NCBI GenBank assembly: GCA_030704615.1
Contig: CM060732.1
Span: forward strand, 53,444,001 to 53,508,000
Reading direction: 5' to 3'
Origin: Takakia lepidozioides
Taxonomy: Eukaryota; Plantae; Bryophyta
DNA length: 64,000 nt
The notes beneath the pieces were generated by a model. The model was given only the letters and a program-made list of their open reading frames with translations, was not told the DNA's origin and did not search any database. How positions within the stretch are numbered: the stretch's first letter is position 1; each line of letters begins with the position of its first letter. This document shows positions 24,139 through 38,454 of this stretch, in pieces. The position numbers and the translations under genes are program-made.

Positions 24139-26749
24139 ATGGCAGCAAAGTCTATGGAGGCGTCTTGTCTGATACACGGAGCCCACAGGCCTGCTTATGG
24201 CTCCTCTTCCCTGGCCTCCCAGCGGCTCTCCGCGTTTTCGTCTCATACGCCTGCTTCCTTCAGTGGGTTTCTCAGAGGACATTCGCAAATTCAGACACTG
24301 GAACTTCGACCTGTAGGTGGGCAATTCACGGTTTGCAGCCGGAGAAGGGGAACGGTGGGAGGAGAGGTCGCGGAGATCTGGGGTAAACATGGACTGCTCA
24401 AGCCTGTGAGCTCGGTGGGCGAAACGCGCAGGCATGACGTAAGGTGCCAAGCACAGGCTGCAGAGAGGGAATTGGTGGCAGAGAAGATGCAGGAGCAGAG
24501 GAGTGGTGATGCTTTCAGGGGCTTAAGTCAAGTGTGCGCAGTGCTGGGTACGCAGTGGGGTGATGAAGGCAAGGGAAAACTTGTCGACATTCTGGCTCAG
24601 CGCTATGACATAGTTGCGCGGTGCCAGGTATTCCCTGTTTACACCCGGCACACCTCTCTCTGCTCTCACTTGTTGTGCGTATACATTGACACAGAAAGAT
24701 CTCTATGTTTAAAGGGGGAGAGGTAATGACTGAGAGAGAAGTGCAGTGACGTGACTGTTTTGGTGGGAGATAGTATTACCATGTTTCCAAGACGTGTCAG
24801 AGAGTGTTTGTGATGAAAACACTTGTCCGTGTTGGGTAACACCTGTTTCCGGAAAGTGTACATTAATCGGGAACCACACGCAAACCTCAAGTCTCTTTGA
24901 AGCCCTGCAAATTGTTCCTAGAGAATAAACGAATAGGTCCAGAGTAACCAGTCTGCCTAAACCTAGAGAGACGGTATGGTGGCTTACCATGGGGGGCCAG
25001 GGTGTGTGCGTGGGTACCTGGCCCAGGGAGGAGCCAACGCTGGCCACACTATCTACAATAGCGAGGGCCAGAAATTTGCCCTGCATCTGGTCCCCTCTGG
25101 CATCTTGAATGAGGAGGCGGTGTGTGTGGTTGGGAATGGAGTAGTGATCCATCTTCCAGGGTTTTTCAAAGAGATTGATAGCTTGGAGGCCAAGGGCGTG
25201 GCCTGCAAAGGCAGGCTTTTGGTGTCGGACCGCGCACATCTTCTATTCGATATGCATCAAACAGTAGATGGGCTACGGGAGGCAGAATTGAGGGGATCCA
25301 TGATAGGGACCACAAAGCGGGGAATTGGCCCATGCTATGCAAGCAAAGCCATCCGGAACGGCCTCCGTGTTGGTGATTTGCGCCATTTGGACACACTGCG
25401 CAACAAACTGGAGATTCTGCTGCAGGATGCTGCCAGCAGATTCAAGGGTTTTGAGTACAATAAGTCAGTGTTGGAGGCAGAGATGGAGCAGTACACAGAA
25501 ATGGCAGAACGATTGGAACCCTACATTACTGACACGGTGTACTACATTGATGAAGCGCGCTCCCAAGGCAAGCGCATTCTGATTGAGGGTGGCCAGGCCA
25601 CTATGCTTGACATTGATTTTGGGACCTATCCCTTTGTCACTTCATCCAATCCTTCGGTGGGTGGCATTTGCACTGGCCTAGGCATTGCCCCCAAGCACCT
25701 TGGTGATCTTGTTGGCGTGGTAAGTGACCTCACTGTCCCGTCCCTTCTTTCATCCAGTGGGGAGAAACTGGGAAGTGAAGTGAAGTAGTGATGGCCAATA
25801 GTTCAGCCTTTGTGGACATCAATGCAAACTACGGGTTTGAAACAAATGCTCCTTGATAGACCTCAATCAGGGTTTGGCAGTTAAGATGAATTAACAGACT
25901 GGCAGTGATTTTTACTGTAGAAAAACTATGTGATAGAGTGAAACCGAAGCAAATCTTGTAACTTGGAAGCTTTGCCAATTGTAGGCCAAAGCATACACAA
26001 CGCGAGTGGGATCGGGTCCCTACCCAACAGAGCTTTTTGGACAACTGGGTGAAGACTTGCGTGTTGCAGGTCACGAGTATGGCACCACAACAGGGAGGCC
26101 CCGGCGCTGTGGATGGCTGGATATTGTTGCCCTGAAGTTTGCATGTGTTATAAATGGGTTCACAGCTCTCAACCTTACAAAACTTGATGTGCTGTCAGCC
26201 TTGCCCGAGTTGAAACTAGGGATAGGGTATAGGACCCCTGGTGGGCATCGGCTGCACTCATTCCCAGCTGACCTCACTGTCCTGGAGCAAGTTGAGGTAA
26301 ACAGTTCTTATTCTGGTCTTTCCAGTCCTCTACCTGCATCTTCTACCCTCCTTTATCTTTTGTCTATATTATTAATGTGACTTTCTCTTCTGTTGTAGGT
26401 TAGGACTTTTGACACTTTTCTTTGGGAATATGCAGTGTGTTCATGGGTTGAACTCTGTGGTGGCCTACATGGAATCTCTACAAACACCTTATCTGCTGGA
26501 GAGGCTGCTAACCTTGTTTCAAATCAGACATGACTCTCAGGGCTGACTTGTTCAGGGTTTTGGGAATTTGGACAGGTGGAGTACGAGGTGTTGCCAGGCT
26601 GGGAGACAGATATCACAGCTGTCAGACGCTATGAAGACTTACCAGTGGCAGCCCAGAGATATGTTGAAAGAATAGAGCTGTTTCTTGGGCTGCCGATTCA
26701 ATACATTGGTGTTGGCCCCGGAAGGGATGCATTGATTGTCAGAGATTAG
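24139..26749 (+). CDS. purA: Adenylosuccinate synthetase, plastid-targeted; exons 24139-24627, 25027-25719, 25985-26296, 26576-26749 (555 aa)
   Basis: [80 protein letters not shown]; all introns are GT-AG and phase 0. Confidence 0.96.
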
Positions 26750-28689
26750 TTGCCTTTGTAGCCTTGTCTGAGCTCAGGTGCAGCTCAGTCTCAGGCGCCG
26801 CCAATGAGGAAGGCATTGTTTTTTCAGGCAAAGATTGCCCAGGTAGCAATGCAGGTCCCAAAACCCTGGAATATACAGGCCTTGCTCATATTTTTGTTAC
26901 CTCTGGTTTTATGGGGGAGTCACATCTAACAAGGTTACTGCTCCCAGCGACAACAATTCTCATGGCCAAAGGAATGTGTGTCCTACGTTGTCTGAAATTT
27001 TCCAGGCTTACACCGTCCTTTCTGTGAAGTGGTTTGAAGGATCAAGCACATAGAGCTCAACAAAATGTATGCTTGGAAGTAGCAACCAGTAGAGGTGGGA
27101 GTGTTGCTACATTTTGAAGACTGAAGCCCACTGTGCCAAGCATTGTCCAAAATCCAATTTATTGTATTGGTTAATGTTGCATCTTGACTTAACATTTGGT
27201 CAAAGGATCAAAACAATTGAGTCCTACTTGAGTTTGATGTGTGTGTGTGAGAGAGAAAGGGATAGAGAAGACTATGGCCCAAGTGAGCGTAACAAAAGCC
27301 ATATCGTCTTGCGGCTTCAGCTCCCTTTCCAGTGGGCATTGTAGACTTTCTTGGTGGATGTGTGTTATAAGGTGCTGGTGCGTGGACTCAACTATTTCCT
27401 AGTTTGTCGCTTGTTGGCAATGATGGCCTTTAAAATTTGGCAGAGTTTTGGCATGGGGCATAGTGGGTGCAGGGGAGTGGCCAAGACTTGGTGGATGTAA
27501 TAAAGTCTTGGTCCCTAGCCTAGCCAATAACCTGCCACAGGAATTTTTAGTGAATGAGCTCTTCTACCCTTCTTAGATTTTCTCTTCAAGATAGAGCTTT
27601 TGGTGCCACTTTTCTCACATGCTATCAATACGGTTGCAAATGCAATGGCTCATCAAACCTACCTACCGAATTTGGCTCAATTCAACTCTCAATTGATACC
27701 ACCATGGATTTTAACTACTCGTGCAGAAGTTTGCAAAATATGTCAATGAAGCTGGACTATTTCTCTCCTCTATGGTAGACTGAAGACTCCGTACTATGTG
27801 ATATGAAGCTCCAGAATAGGCTTGCAGAAGATGGACAAGAGCAGAGCCACTAACTCTTCAGAGAAAGCACCGCGTGAGCAATTAGGTTTTGGCCTGTAGT
27901 TTGGCCCTGGTTTCACTTGGAGGCCTAAGCATTATACTCTTTTGAAGTTCAGGGGCCAAAGGAGGGGCCAAGTCTGACCCAGCTTGGCCCTGGCCTTTTA
28001 ATGTAAAGCGCCCCGAGTGCAATGGGGACTGACTATGTGGGTACACTTCTTCAACGAATTGAGAAATTTCAAACCAATCTGCAGTATGTCATGGCAGAGG
28101 CAAACCATTCTGCCTATCTCTGTGGCAAATCTAAGATGGGAGGGAAACCTGTGTTTGATCAAATACAATTACACCACCACCCACCCGAATCACCTTTATG
28201 GATATGGGAGTCAATGCTGAGTCTGGATCAAGAGCAAATGTGATGGTGCCTGCTTTGAAGGCTGTATTGTCTAAAAATTAAAACAAAAGCATGCGCCAGA
28301 CTTCTGGAAAGACACCGGGGGGAAGCTCCCTACTCTCATTACCGATTAAGCTCATTATTCCAATGCACACAGGTCCAGTCATGTGTAAAGATCCACCAAG
28401 GGGAATAAACCAAGTCTCCTCACAGGACCTTTCACATCACCACTGCACTTGAGGTTTCCATATAACAATCTTTCATCCAAATGGATTGATAAATGCTGTT
28501 GATGGACAGTTCTAATGATTAGACTTCAACCCTGCTGCCAAGGCTCCTGATACATATCCCTCAGGCAGGCCTGAAAACCCAACACCTCCACCCTTTTGTC
28601 TTCCCTCCCCCTCCTCTATGTGCTGAAGTCTGACGGCTACAATAGATAAGAAAAAGACTATGCAGCCTGAGATAGTTAAGTGTATGCTT

Positions 28690-28896
28690 CCAATCCCACC
28701 TGTTACGAGGTGGGCGCTTTATTACTTTCTTGTGTTACCGGCACAACTTGTCTCACAGTTCTCCCCGCAGGGACTTCGAAGTCCCAGATACTCAGTTCAG
28801 TAAGGGACAACAAACCTGTAACCTCCAACCTGGATTTGAATCCAGGAGGTCCTGCTGTGTGACCCTAATAAGTGGGCACCCTAACAACTGGGCTGT
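28690..28896 (-). mobile_element. tRNA-derived SINE (degenerate)
   Basis: Minus strand has A-box-like AGCCCAGTTGTTAGGG and B-box GGATTCAAATCC inside a CCTGGA/TCCAGG stem, followed by a non-tRNA body. Confidence 0.55.
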
Positions 28897-29281
28897 GTTT
28901 GAAAATTATGATCACAACATCAATTATACATCTTGATCTCTTTCCCCCCTCTCTCTCAAAAGCAACTTTCAGACTCCGGGTTTGGTTCCAGAATAGGCTA
29001 GGAACAGTCACATTGGGCAGGCAAGAAACAACACATCAATTGTCACTACCAGGTGGATAAAGCAACCACCTTACTTGTACAATCCATACTGCACCAGACA
29101 AGCCACACATTCCATTAGGGTCACAACCAGCAATGAACTTGAAAGAGAGAACTGAATACAGCCGGTTGGCAATCAATACTGCGATTGATCACTTGTGGCA
29201 ACTTCCTGAGGCCTCAAATTTTTGCTCCTCAAATCAATATCTCTGGAGAAGGATATCTTAAGAAAAAGCATAAAGGAGGCA

Positions 29282-32200
29282 TCAAATGTCAGGGAACTGT
29301 GAAACCTCAAGGATTGCACATGTAATGGAACAACTGAAATGAATGACTCCATAGGATATTGAAGCCTGGACATCACCTCTGACAGGATTTTTCAATCTCC
29401 ATGCACCATTCGTGCAAGAAACGATGTTGAATCGTCTACCTAATTCCTTAAGAAAATTTTCAATAAGAAAAAGAACTAAAAACATGATAACACGGGACTT
29501 AGAAAGGAAAATGGCACAAATGAGCAACAGAACCTGCAAAAGATGGAGATGGTTGGAAGCTGCTTTGGCGACCTCAATGCGCTGCTTAAGATCCTCTAGT
29601 TTTTTGGATTCAGCCTCTGCATGCTCCCCCTCCTTGGCTGTTTCGCCCACTTCCCGGTATAATGCTGCGCTTCAAGAAACATGTCAGTTTGGTTCTCCAT
29701 CTAACTGCTAGATTGCAAAACCCTCTATATAAATGAGGATATGATTGTACAACTTTTGACTCGTTGATGATTTAGCAGTTGACTAAATATGTCAGTTAAA
29801 CCCCTGCATATTGTGAAGGCATTTCAAAGTTTTGTCTTCTTTTTTAGCTTGCTTCCTTGTCCCTGGGGTTTGGTGCTTCAGTCCAGCAAAAGCATGGGTC
29901 CAAAGCCACAAGGTTACTGCACGCAGAGTCTAAACAGTTACATCTTACATCAACCACAATCTGCCACATGAAAGAGAACACACCATATACGTACTCATTG
30001 CACTGGCCTGTGCACTGTGATCTATACTAAAAACCTTGGTAAGGAGAAAAACCTGAGACTTGGTGGGTTGATTACCTCTAAGCTCTGCAAGCACTCCCAC
30101 TTGCGTGGGAATATCATGGAGAGCTTTTGCTAGTGTGAATGAAGACTTCAGGATGTCTCTGGCTTGTGCAGTATCATGCATCGCAAGTGCCAGGCTACCC
30201 AAAACCGTCAAATACTGTGACACTAACTGGTGGTTGCCTAGTTGTTTATGCGTCAGTTTTAGTCCCGTAGCCAACCGTGTCCTGCATCACATTATTGTTC
30301 AGAACCAGCACTTTGAAGTTACCTAGACAGAATCACATGCAAAATTACATCCTCACCATCGTTTCAGTAGAATCATGCCAGAAAAAAGAAGGGTCTATTG
30401 TAATCTTGACTTTCTTACACTGAAGACATCTTGCAGCAGGTGGAGCAGGCCCCTAGTCTTCCTCTTTGCAGAGCGGGTAATAATCAAGACTACAGGTCAG
30501 TTCATGAGTCTATAAGCTTTGATACTCAAAAGGTTTAAACGTTCCAAACACAATTGTACAAACAGCGACAGATTCATACACTATTGGGCAGAAACTGTGA
30601 AGAGGTGCTGGGGAAAGTGATGTGCATCATTCTTTCCTCTGAGCTACAGCACTGCCCTCAGATGGAAGGTTGACAGGGGACAAAAAAAAAGGTGAAAAAC
30701 ATCTGATACCGTGCTTCTTGCAAGTTATGTTGCTTCATCTGTAGAACGCCAGAGGCAAAAAGAGCAGTCGTCTTCTCACGCACGCCCACATACGAGTCCA
30801 TCATGCGGTAGACAGGAGCTATTAGGTCCAAAGCCTGCAGGCCTCTCACAATATACAACAGGGGTAAAACTTCATAGCAACAATACTCAGCACTTCCATT
30901 CGACCACAGTGCCTAATTGCCCTGATGGATAGATTGATCAGTGAAAACATAAACATTCAAAATGCAATTGCTGGTTGGTGAAAGCCAAGCATCAGTCCGA
31001 TTATCCAACCTTGGCAGTCAGGTTCATGTTGTGATTGGCAAACCATACATCTTGGAGATAAATCTGAAAATCCTCATACATTCTACAGAAAAAACCAAAA
31101 TTATTAAAGGCACCTCCCTCAACCAAGACCCCCCAGCAATCATCCCGACAATATCTGGATGAAACAAGCAAGCCTGCAATGAGAGACGGCCACCTGAGAG
31201 GATGAGTTGGGGTCGCCAATGCAGATGTAGGACACTGCTGCATTCACGTGGCACATTGCTTGCATTCCCTGGCTCTCAGACAACTGTCCCCTTCCCCAAA
31301 ATTCAGCCCATCCTCACCCACATTACTCTTTGCCAGTCCAGATACATTACGTAGAGGAATCTCCACCTGCAGAAGAGCTGGTACCTACCCTCACAGTGAA
31401 TGAATCCTGACGTCCACGGCCCACACTATGGCATATTATCAGCTGTTTCATATCCATCTTAACAGTATGTCCCCCTTTCTCACAGAAAACATGGAATCCA
31501 CCTCTCAAAGTCACAGAGACAGGTGATGTGTCAATCTGTTATTTTTATTTTCTTCTCAGTCCTAAACAACGCATTATGGTTCTTGGGAACACGAAGTTCA
31601 GTAATATGTGAGTGACTATGTCACCCCCTTGCATCCTCTCCTAGGGGTCCCACGAGGTTTAGATTGGGTTGTTACCTTGGAGGCCTGAATGAAGTGTAGT
31701 GCAGCATCATGGAAGCAGCCAACTGAGTGGGCATAGTGGCCCAGAAGCATCTGAATATTGCTCTCACTGCCATGTAACATCCCTGGAAACCGCCCAAACC
31801 AGTCCATCACTTGGACTAGAGACTGGCTTCTCCAACACCCCACAAAGAGACCCCTTTTCTTAGATTCTTGCACCAAGTAGTCTGCCTGACCAAAGACTAA
31901 GTAACGCTGACCAACAGGGAAACTGGCCTCTATCATTCGACTTGTTATCAAAACCAAGACCGTCTGTCTGTATCTCTCCCTCTCTTAACACTAGAACAAT
32001 TTACAAGACAGATCATACTGTTCCTTGATGGATGGGCCAACCACCTCTGCCTCATATCTCAGATGTAAAAGAACTGAAAGCTCTTACAGAATGCCAGGAA
32101 AAGGGAGAAACGCACAAGGCCACATAGCTCACAGGGAGTTCCACGTATATTCAAGTCTTTATACCTCTTGGGCTTCAATTAAATCGGTGCGTGTGAGGTC

Positions 32201-35200
32201 AATGACGATCTTGTTTTCAAGCAGCTGTAGCAACAGCACCAGATATACACCCCCTGTCGATATCGCCCAATGTTGCAAGTCCGCCTCTACCACCCCCATG
32301 CCACAACTTTCAGTTCAACTGGTTTTATGTCAGGATGGCTACATTGAAGCTGGTTGTTCATTCTATAGCTCACTACACAGGTAATTTCCTTCTGGAAGCA
32401 CATTTAAAACTGGCTTTCACAGCTGTGATAAGGGACATGACACTTCTGGAAACGACATATACAAAAGTCTCCAGTGCAATGACACGGGACATCCAGAACC
32501 TGATAGTATCTCTTTCTGCATTCAATGGCACTTAAGTAACACTAGCCAGGTGAAGGAAAGCAGCATACCTGCAACTTTTTCGGTGATTCCAAGCTTTGTC
32601 AGTTCCTCTACACACCGTGCACGATTCAATATAGTTAAAACATGTGATAGAGGGATGTGAAAAAATTTCCATGCTATATGGACCTCCTTGCGATAGTTAA
32701 GTATTTAAATCACGGGGTGAGGTACATGGAAGACAATTTCATACCCAAATTAAACCTCCTGATATGCCCCTCTCACATCCCATTTGTCAATGTTTTCACG
32801 TGTTGAAAACTAAACAGATTACCAGCATGAGCATTAAGCTAAAATGAGAGCCTTTCTTTAGTGCCATATTCACCCAAGTAGAGACACAGATATATACCTT
32901 CCACACGTCCCAGGCCCGACTTGAGATGAACTTTACAGTCATTAAAATTTCCTTTCGGCCTTGCACATATAACAGACATTAGGTCTACCAGTACAAGTAC
33001 TGCGCCATTTGGTAACCACTCCTCATCTAATGGAGCAGGACCCAATGGCAGCTTCTCAGTTACGCTCAACCCATGAACACCTTCACAATCTCCCTGCCCA
33101 TCTGTTGGATTGGCCCGTCTGCAAAATCAATCACCAAAATGCTCAACATGATTACATAAACTCAAAGAATGATGGAAGACGTTGTAGGCTTTCAAGAGGA
33201 AACCAAGGGAAGCAAGAAACTACAACTCAGCGATGAGTGAATTCTTTGTAGGTCAAGTCTCCTCCCATACACTTCAGCTTCAAATGATAAGTGTTAACAA
33301 ACAAGCATGAGCAAGGCAAACCAGTGTTTGGAGGGTTTAAGATAACAGTGGGTACCAATATGAAAAGAATTGCTTTGATTGAACATGTTTAGGAGCCAGC
33401 TAAATAAATGCTACAAAAGTACTCATGTGGCTTGCATTACCTTTCGTGGATTACACGCCCATTCATTTGGAAGTCAACCGCTTGGAAGGCAATAATTGGG
33501 CCAACAGACATACTATTGAATGCCTACGCGATAAAAGTGATCCTACCCTTGCCTAGCTTGCTCAAGCTCAATCAGCTTTTGCTGGATCAAACCATAACGA
33601 TACTGCAAACCAACCGCTTCTTGTTGTGAATGACCAGAGAGCCTGAGCTGCCTCTGCACCCAATCAAGTTGCTCATGTAGCTCTTGTTCTTCAGGATAAA
33701 CAGAGACATCTGCAGATGAACAGTTGACTCCTTGAGGGTTGGCTCTGGGCTGTGCCAGCTCCCTCAGCACAACCATATGGTTACCAGCCTCTGTGTACTC
33801 ACATGCCCGAAGCAGATAGAATGTGTGCAGCAGCTCCTTGTAGATATGGAGACCCAGGTGCAATGGCCTCTACATCACCATCCACGTTATAAAAGATCCT
33901 TGTAGGGGTTAGTAAGTGAGCGGAAATCTAGTTTCTTGTCTTAAACCCATTCCAACTTTGCTAGACATGCAGCAATTATTAGAAAAGGAGCAACAAAGTA
34001 GGAGGGAATGCTATGTTTTCCATTTCTTCCTGTGTTAAGTTGCATATAATAGGAACACTTGAACTCTATTGAATCATACCATCTGTGTATGCTTGAAGAT
34101 CTCTGGTGTTTTGCACTTTTTCCAACTGATTGAGGACACAATGGTTTGTTGTTCTATACAGGTTTGCGGGATGAACAGAATGTACTCATAAGATGTTGTT
34201 CACCGTAGCATTGTGGCCTTTGACCCCGCGCTCAGTTTGAGCGGAACACAAAGGGACAGAAACTACCGTTGTCGGGGGCTCCGAGCCCATAGACTCCAAG
34301 CCCAGTTTAGGAGAACAAGAGGGAACAGACAATACCGTTCTGAGGGACTCGCTCCAATAGTGCGACCTACCTTGGTATAAATAATTGGTGTAGGCATTAC
34401 AGATTTCCTCTAGAAATCCCTTCACACAAGCATTGATCTGCTGTGTAAGAGCTGCCCAGCAATTAGACCCCAACAGGGCAGGGCTTTAGGCTCAGCCTCG
34501 AGATTTTGAAAGTAGGTGAGCAGAGGTGCAGGGACAGTGTTCTTGGTGGTCCAGAAGAGGGTCGCTCTCTGATGAGAATACCCCGGACATTGTATCAGAA
34601 AATGGATATTGTCTTCAGGCCGCCCGCACATCGGGCATTGACACTCCCCCTTTCTCTGTTCACCCCACTCAGGGCGGGGAGTCTACCTTTGAACAGTAAA
34701 CAGATGCAGAGAGGGGAGAGAGAGAGAGCATGTACTCCTAAGACATGTTGTTTGACATAGCCTTGTGGCCAGTTTGAGTGGAAGAGCGAGAGAGGTCAAG
34801 TGTGATCTAGGGCGTTTCCTCTTTCATCGTAAAATACAGAATGAAAGAGTAAAGAATGTGCTGGTGGTTGCTGTACCTGATTTGAAGGTATGCAATCAAA
34901 AACTGCATCACAATAAGAGAGGGTTTCCTCTATGACCATCGGGTCCTCCAATTGCATGAGAAATACGTGAGCTCTTGCTGTTGCAAATACCATCTGTTCC
35001 AATTGATCACAATCAGCGGGGTAGTTTGATCTGATATTTAAGAGGAAACTAGCTGGATCTTGGGACAGCAAAGGCAGTACATTCATTGCCTTCAAGCTGG
35101 CACCACTCCTGCTAACAACATAACTGTGGTTGAGTTTGAGAAGTGTGCATGATTCCCTTGCAGTTCCTGTGGTTAGTGCCAAACTCTCAATTCACGAAGT

Positions 35201-37071
35201 AATTTCCAAATTGACACTGTAATTGATCATGGAAAATCGTCACCCTGAGGCAATTCATGACAACTAAAACACTTGATCAAGCCACAAAACACAGAGAAAT
35301 GAAATGAAATGAAATGGTGCTTTATAACGTCCGCGGAAAGCTCATAGAGCTTATGGGACAAAATGGAAGAAAACATGAGAGAGGAACAAATCCAGAAACC
35401 ACAATTACTGTTCTAGCGATTGTCTAAGGGTGAAGGCCTCGTGCAGGTAGGCTGCCAAGCATTTTTTGTCCTCATAGTGGAAGAAAGAAAGGAGGAGGGC
35501 CCAACTGTGAAAACATAGTAGTTAAACAGAACCTGAAGTTCAGGCTGCTTGGTGGCTTTTGCAACCTGCATGCCAGAACCCAAGGCACGAACTGCACCAG
35601 CGTAATCACCCTCTGTTGTCAATGCCTTGGCAAGCTGCAGGTTGAAATTACAAACCCAGAGCTGTGCAGCCTCACTGTTCAACCACAGTAGGAAATGTCA
35701 TTGTCAGCGAGCCACATGTGTCCCTGTTTTTCCAGCTCGGGAGAAGTTCATACATCAAAATGCCCATAACAAGGTATCCCACAAGGATTATCCACTTAAG
35801 CGTACATAAACCTGACATTTGTGGGGAAATTCAATGAGTGTACATACACACACATGCTATGGAACTGGAATAGTCAGTGGCTGTGTTAAGACACAAACAG
35901 TATATCTAATAGTTGAAAATATGATGGGTGAAGGCACCACAATAACTCTGAGAGAATTTAGGGTGTGCACATTTGATTGCCGAGCTATCCAGTCCTGCCA
36001 AACCTCTTCGCCCCTTGACAGGTGACTATCATAGCAATTCACAGTTCTTATACCCTAACCAATGTCAGCTGAAAATCCTGGCATCTTTCAATGAGTAGCA
36101 TGACCATCGCCAAGCATTTCTGATCCTGGTAATAGAAGACCTCCGTGAGACATTGGGTATCCTGGAGTAGACAGCTGAATCTCCCACGGATCTCATAGTA
36201 TAAAGGGCAGTGAAAGAAGAAATGTTCTTCATTTTCAATTTCCCTCTAGTTCCCAGCCCAAGCAGGTGGCCACTCTTGTCAAAAAATGGGATCTAGCCTA
36301 TTTACTATGCATAAACATCCATATTCAGAGGTCTGTGCTCAAAGATCCATTGCTTCATTTTTCATAATGATTGGCTTCCTATTCTTAGAAAACTAATCTT
36401 GCTCGATGCCCACATGAATCAGCAGCTTTATCAGAGGGCCAAATCAGGTGCCCTATATTTGTTCTAGGCCTGCATGTAAGAAGAATACGAACAAGAGGGT
36501 TAACATACCCATTGCCTGCAGTCGAGGCTAGGTCTAGGCCCTTTCTCAGAGTCTGTTTCTGGGACGAAATGGTCCCCACTAGGTGGTAGCAGCGACTTAG
36601 CAAGCTGTACACCCGACATTTGAGCTCAAAGCACGATGGGATCTGCTTCAGTAACAATTGCTGCATCCACACATACACGTGTCGCCGATGATTCGAAAAC
36701 ATGCTCAGAATGTGCACTTAACGCAAATAAAAGCCCAGAAACGTAGGACACTTGATGATAACAAGAAGGTGGGGGCAAGCTCTCTGCGCCCGTAACATTG
36801 AAACACAAAACGAGACAAACTTCGAGCCAAAATACAGAAACGGCGAGACCAGCATTACCGCGCGCTCCAGATGGGTCTTAGCATGAGTGACATTATCACT
36901 ATAACCAAGAAGCAGAGTTGCAATTCGGAGTCGAGTTTTGACTTCTACAATTGGCAGAAACGACACATGGCTCTGGCAAATCGCTTCCAAGCACTTCACA
37001 GCTTGTGCGAAACACCGCCCTTTCTCATACGTCTCCGCTAGCCCCCATAGACCTTCTGCCATAGCCTCCAT
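29282..37071 (-). CDS. SCC4: Cohesin loader subunit SCC4/MAU2, multi-exon
   Basis: N-terminus MEAMAEGLWGLA...KCLEAICQSHVSFLPIVEVKTRLRIATLLL. Later exons: IPSCFELKCRVYSLLSRCY, WVCNFNLQLAKAL, LPLGPAPLDEEWLP, IQMLLGHYAHSVGC, LGNHQLVSQYLTVLGSLAL. Probable last exon FPDI* at 29296-29282. Confidence 0.93.
34177..34778 (-). mobile_element. Intronic non-L1 LINE 3' copy with a short 5' inversion, plus a second tail
   Basis: CPMCGRPEDNIHFLIQCPGYSHQR (CCHC), family tail ...TCTTATGAGTACATTCT; inverted piece at ~34662-34715. Confidence 0.8.
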
Positions 37072-37553
37072 TGCAGATCGATACTGGCAGGTTCAATTGT
37101 ATGCTATGTGTTAATTCCAGATTTGTTGCAACCTCACGGATTGCCTCTGAGCAGAGTCCAGGACCCCATATGGACACTCTCAAATTTGCAAAATTAAACC
37201 CACCCTCTTGTCTCACTTGGATTGACACAGAGAACTGAGAAATGAACTTGGCTTTCAACTACGAACATCTCTCTCAATCCCTTCCTCTTCCTCTCCCTCT
37301 CTTCATCGCCTCGGAGAGGATGATTCTTGCGTTCCCATCTCTCTCTAGTACATGTTCCCACATAGCAGAACGGATGTGAACACAATTTCAGTTGATGGGC
37401 CCACCAGCGAGCAGGATTGGGTGATTGAAGCAAGCAGACGGATGACCGCGCCTTCTTCCATTTCCTTATCCTCTCTTCTGCCCCCTCGTTCGATCTCTGT
37501 GCTTGTACTTGTAAAATATTTGGGAATTCTGTGAAGCTCAAGCACTATCTGAG

Positions 37554-37934
37554 ATGGCGACAGCTATGGCAGTGAGCTGCCCAACGCTAACGGGAGCAGG
37601 GGCACCGGCCTCAATCCAGGCCTCAGTGGCGTCCTCGTCCAAGAAAAGCAGCCAGATGAGCGTGAGGAGACTCAAAGGTTTCGGGGGCCTGAAGCCAGAG
37701 ACGGAAGTGACAGCTCTAGGCCTGTCGCAATGCACTGAGAAGGCGTTTTCTACAATGAGAGCTCAATGCTATGCTAGCTATGGCGGTGCCAGGGGAGGTG
37801 CGGCAGCATCAACCTGCGATGTAGCGTCCGAAATCCTCACAATTGTTCCCATCATGTGCGGCTTGACGCTCCTCGGTGTTGCTATTGGCTTCGTTCTTCT
37901 GCGCGTAGAAGCTGCCGTTGAAGAATCCGAGTAG
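37554..37934 (+). CDS. petM: Cytochrome b6f complex subunit 7 (PetM), intronless, with transit peptide
   Basis: GFGGLK motif in the transit peptide; mature [36 protein letters not shown]. Confidence 0.95.
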   Translation: MATAMAVSCPTLTGAGAPASIQASVASSSKKSSQMSVRRLKGFGGLKPETEVTALGLSQCTEKAFSTMRAQCYASYGGARGGAAASTCDVASEILTIVPIMCGLTLLGVAIGFVLLRVEAAVEESE

Positions 37935-38454
37935 GCTAAGTATGTATCACTGCTTGCCTCAAACCACCTCTCGCATTGTACGCAGCACCCGTATTATCGA
38001 GAGCACTCCTCATAAACCGCTACTAGAAACCTGCAGAAAAACCCCAGCATGCAGATTACTAGCACAAATTTCCGCAAAGACTGTGCTTGCTGTATTGCAG
38101 CTTCCATCACTCCTCATTCTTGTTACTGACTTGTCACTCTTCTTCCCGAGTTGATTTCTCTCATCACTGAATACCTTGTGTGTGATTGTGCAGGCCACAG
38201 CGCAGCATGGCCTTGTTCAATTGTTCCCTCTCAGGATTCTGCCTAGTGTTGTTCCTCCATAGCCATTTTTCTCTGCCAACTTGTGAGTTATCACTCCACC
38301 GACAGTGATCTTCTTCCACATCTCTGGGGGATCTTATGTATGATTTTTTGTGAAATTAGCTTCTTATACACCATGTGCATATTGGTTCTGTCAGATGTCT
38401 GTGTGGGTCATTTGCAAATATCTAGTTAGAGGTTCAGTCTCAACATGAGTATGA

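Noticed and set aside
24139-26749. purA as a bacterial horizontal transfer or contaminant
   Set aside because: It has spliceosomal introns, a plastid-type N-terminal extension and plant neighbours.
27300-28245. Possible transposase or gene remnant between purA and SCC4
   Set aside because: No motif I can assign; short ORFs are consistent with chance.
28800-28896. Functional tRNA gene
   Set aside because: A and B boxes are present but there is no acceptor or anticodon stem; treated as a SINE head.
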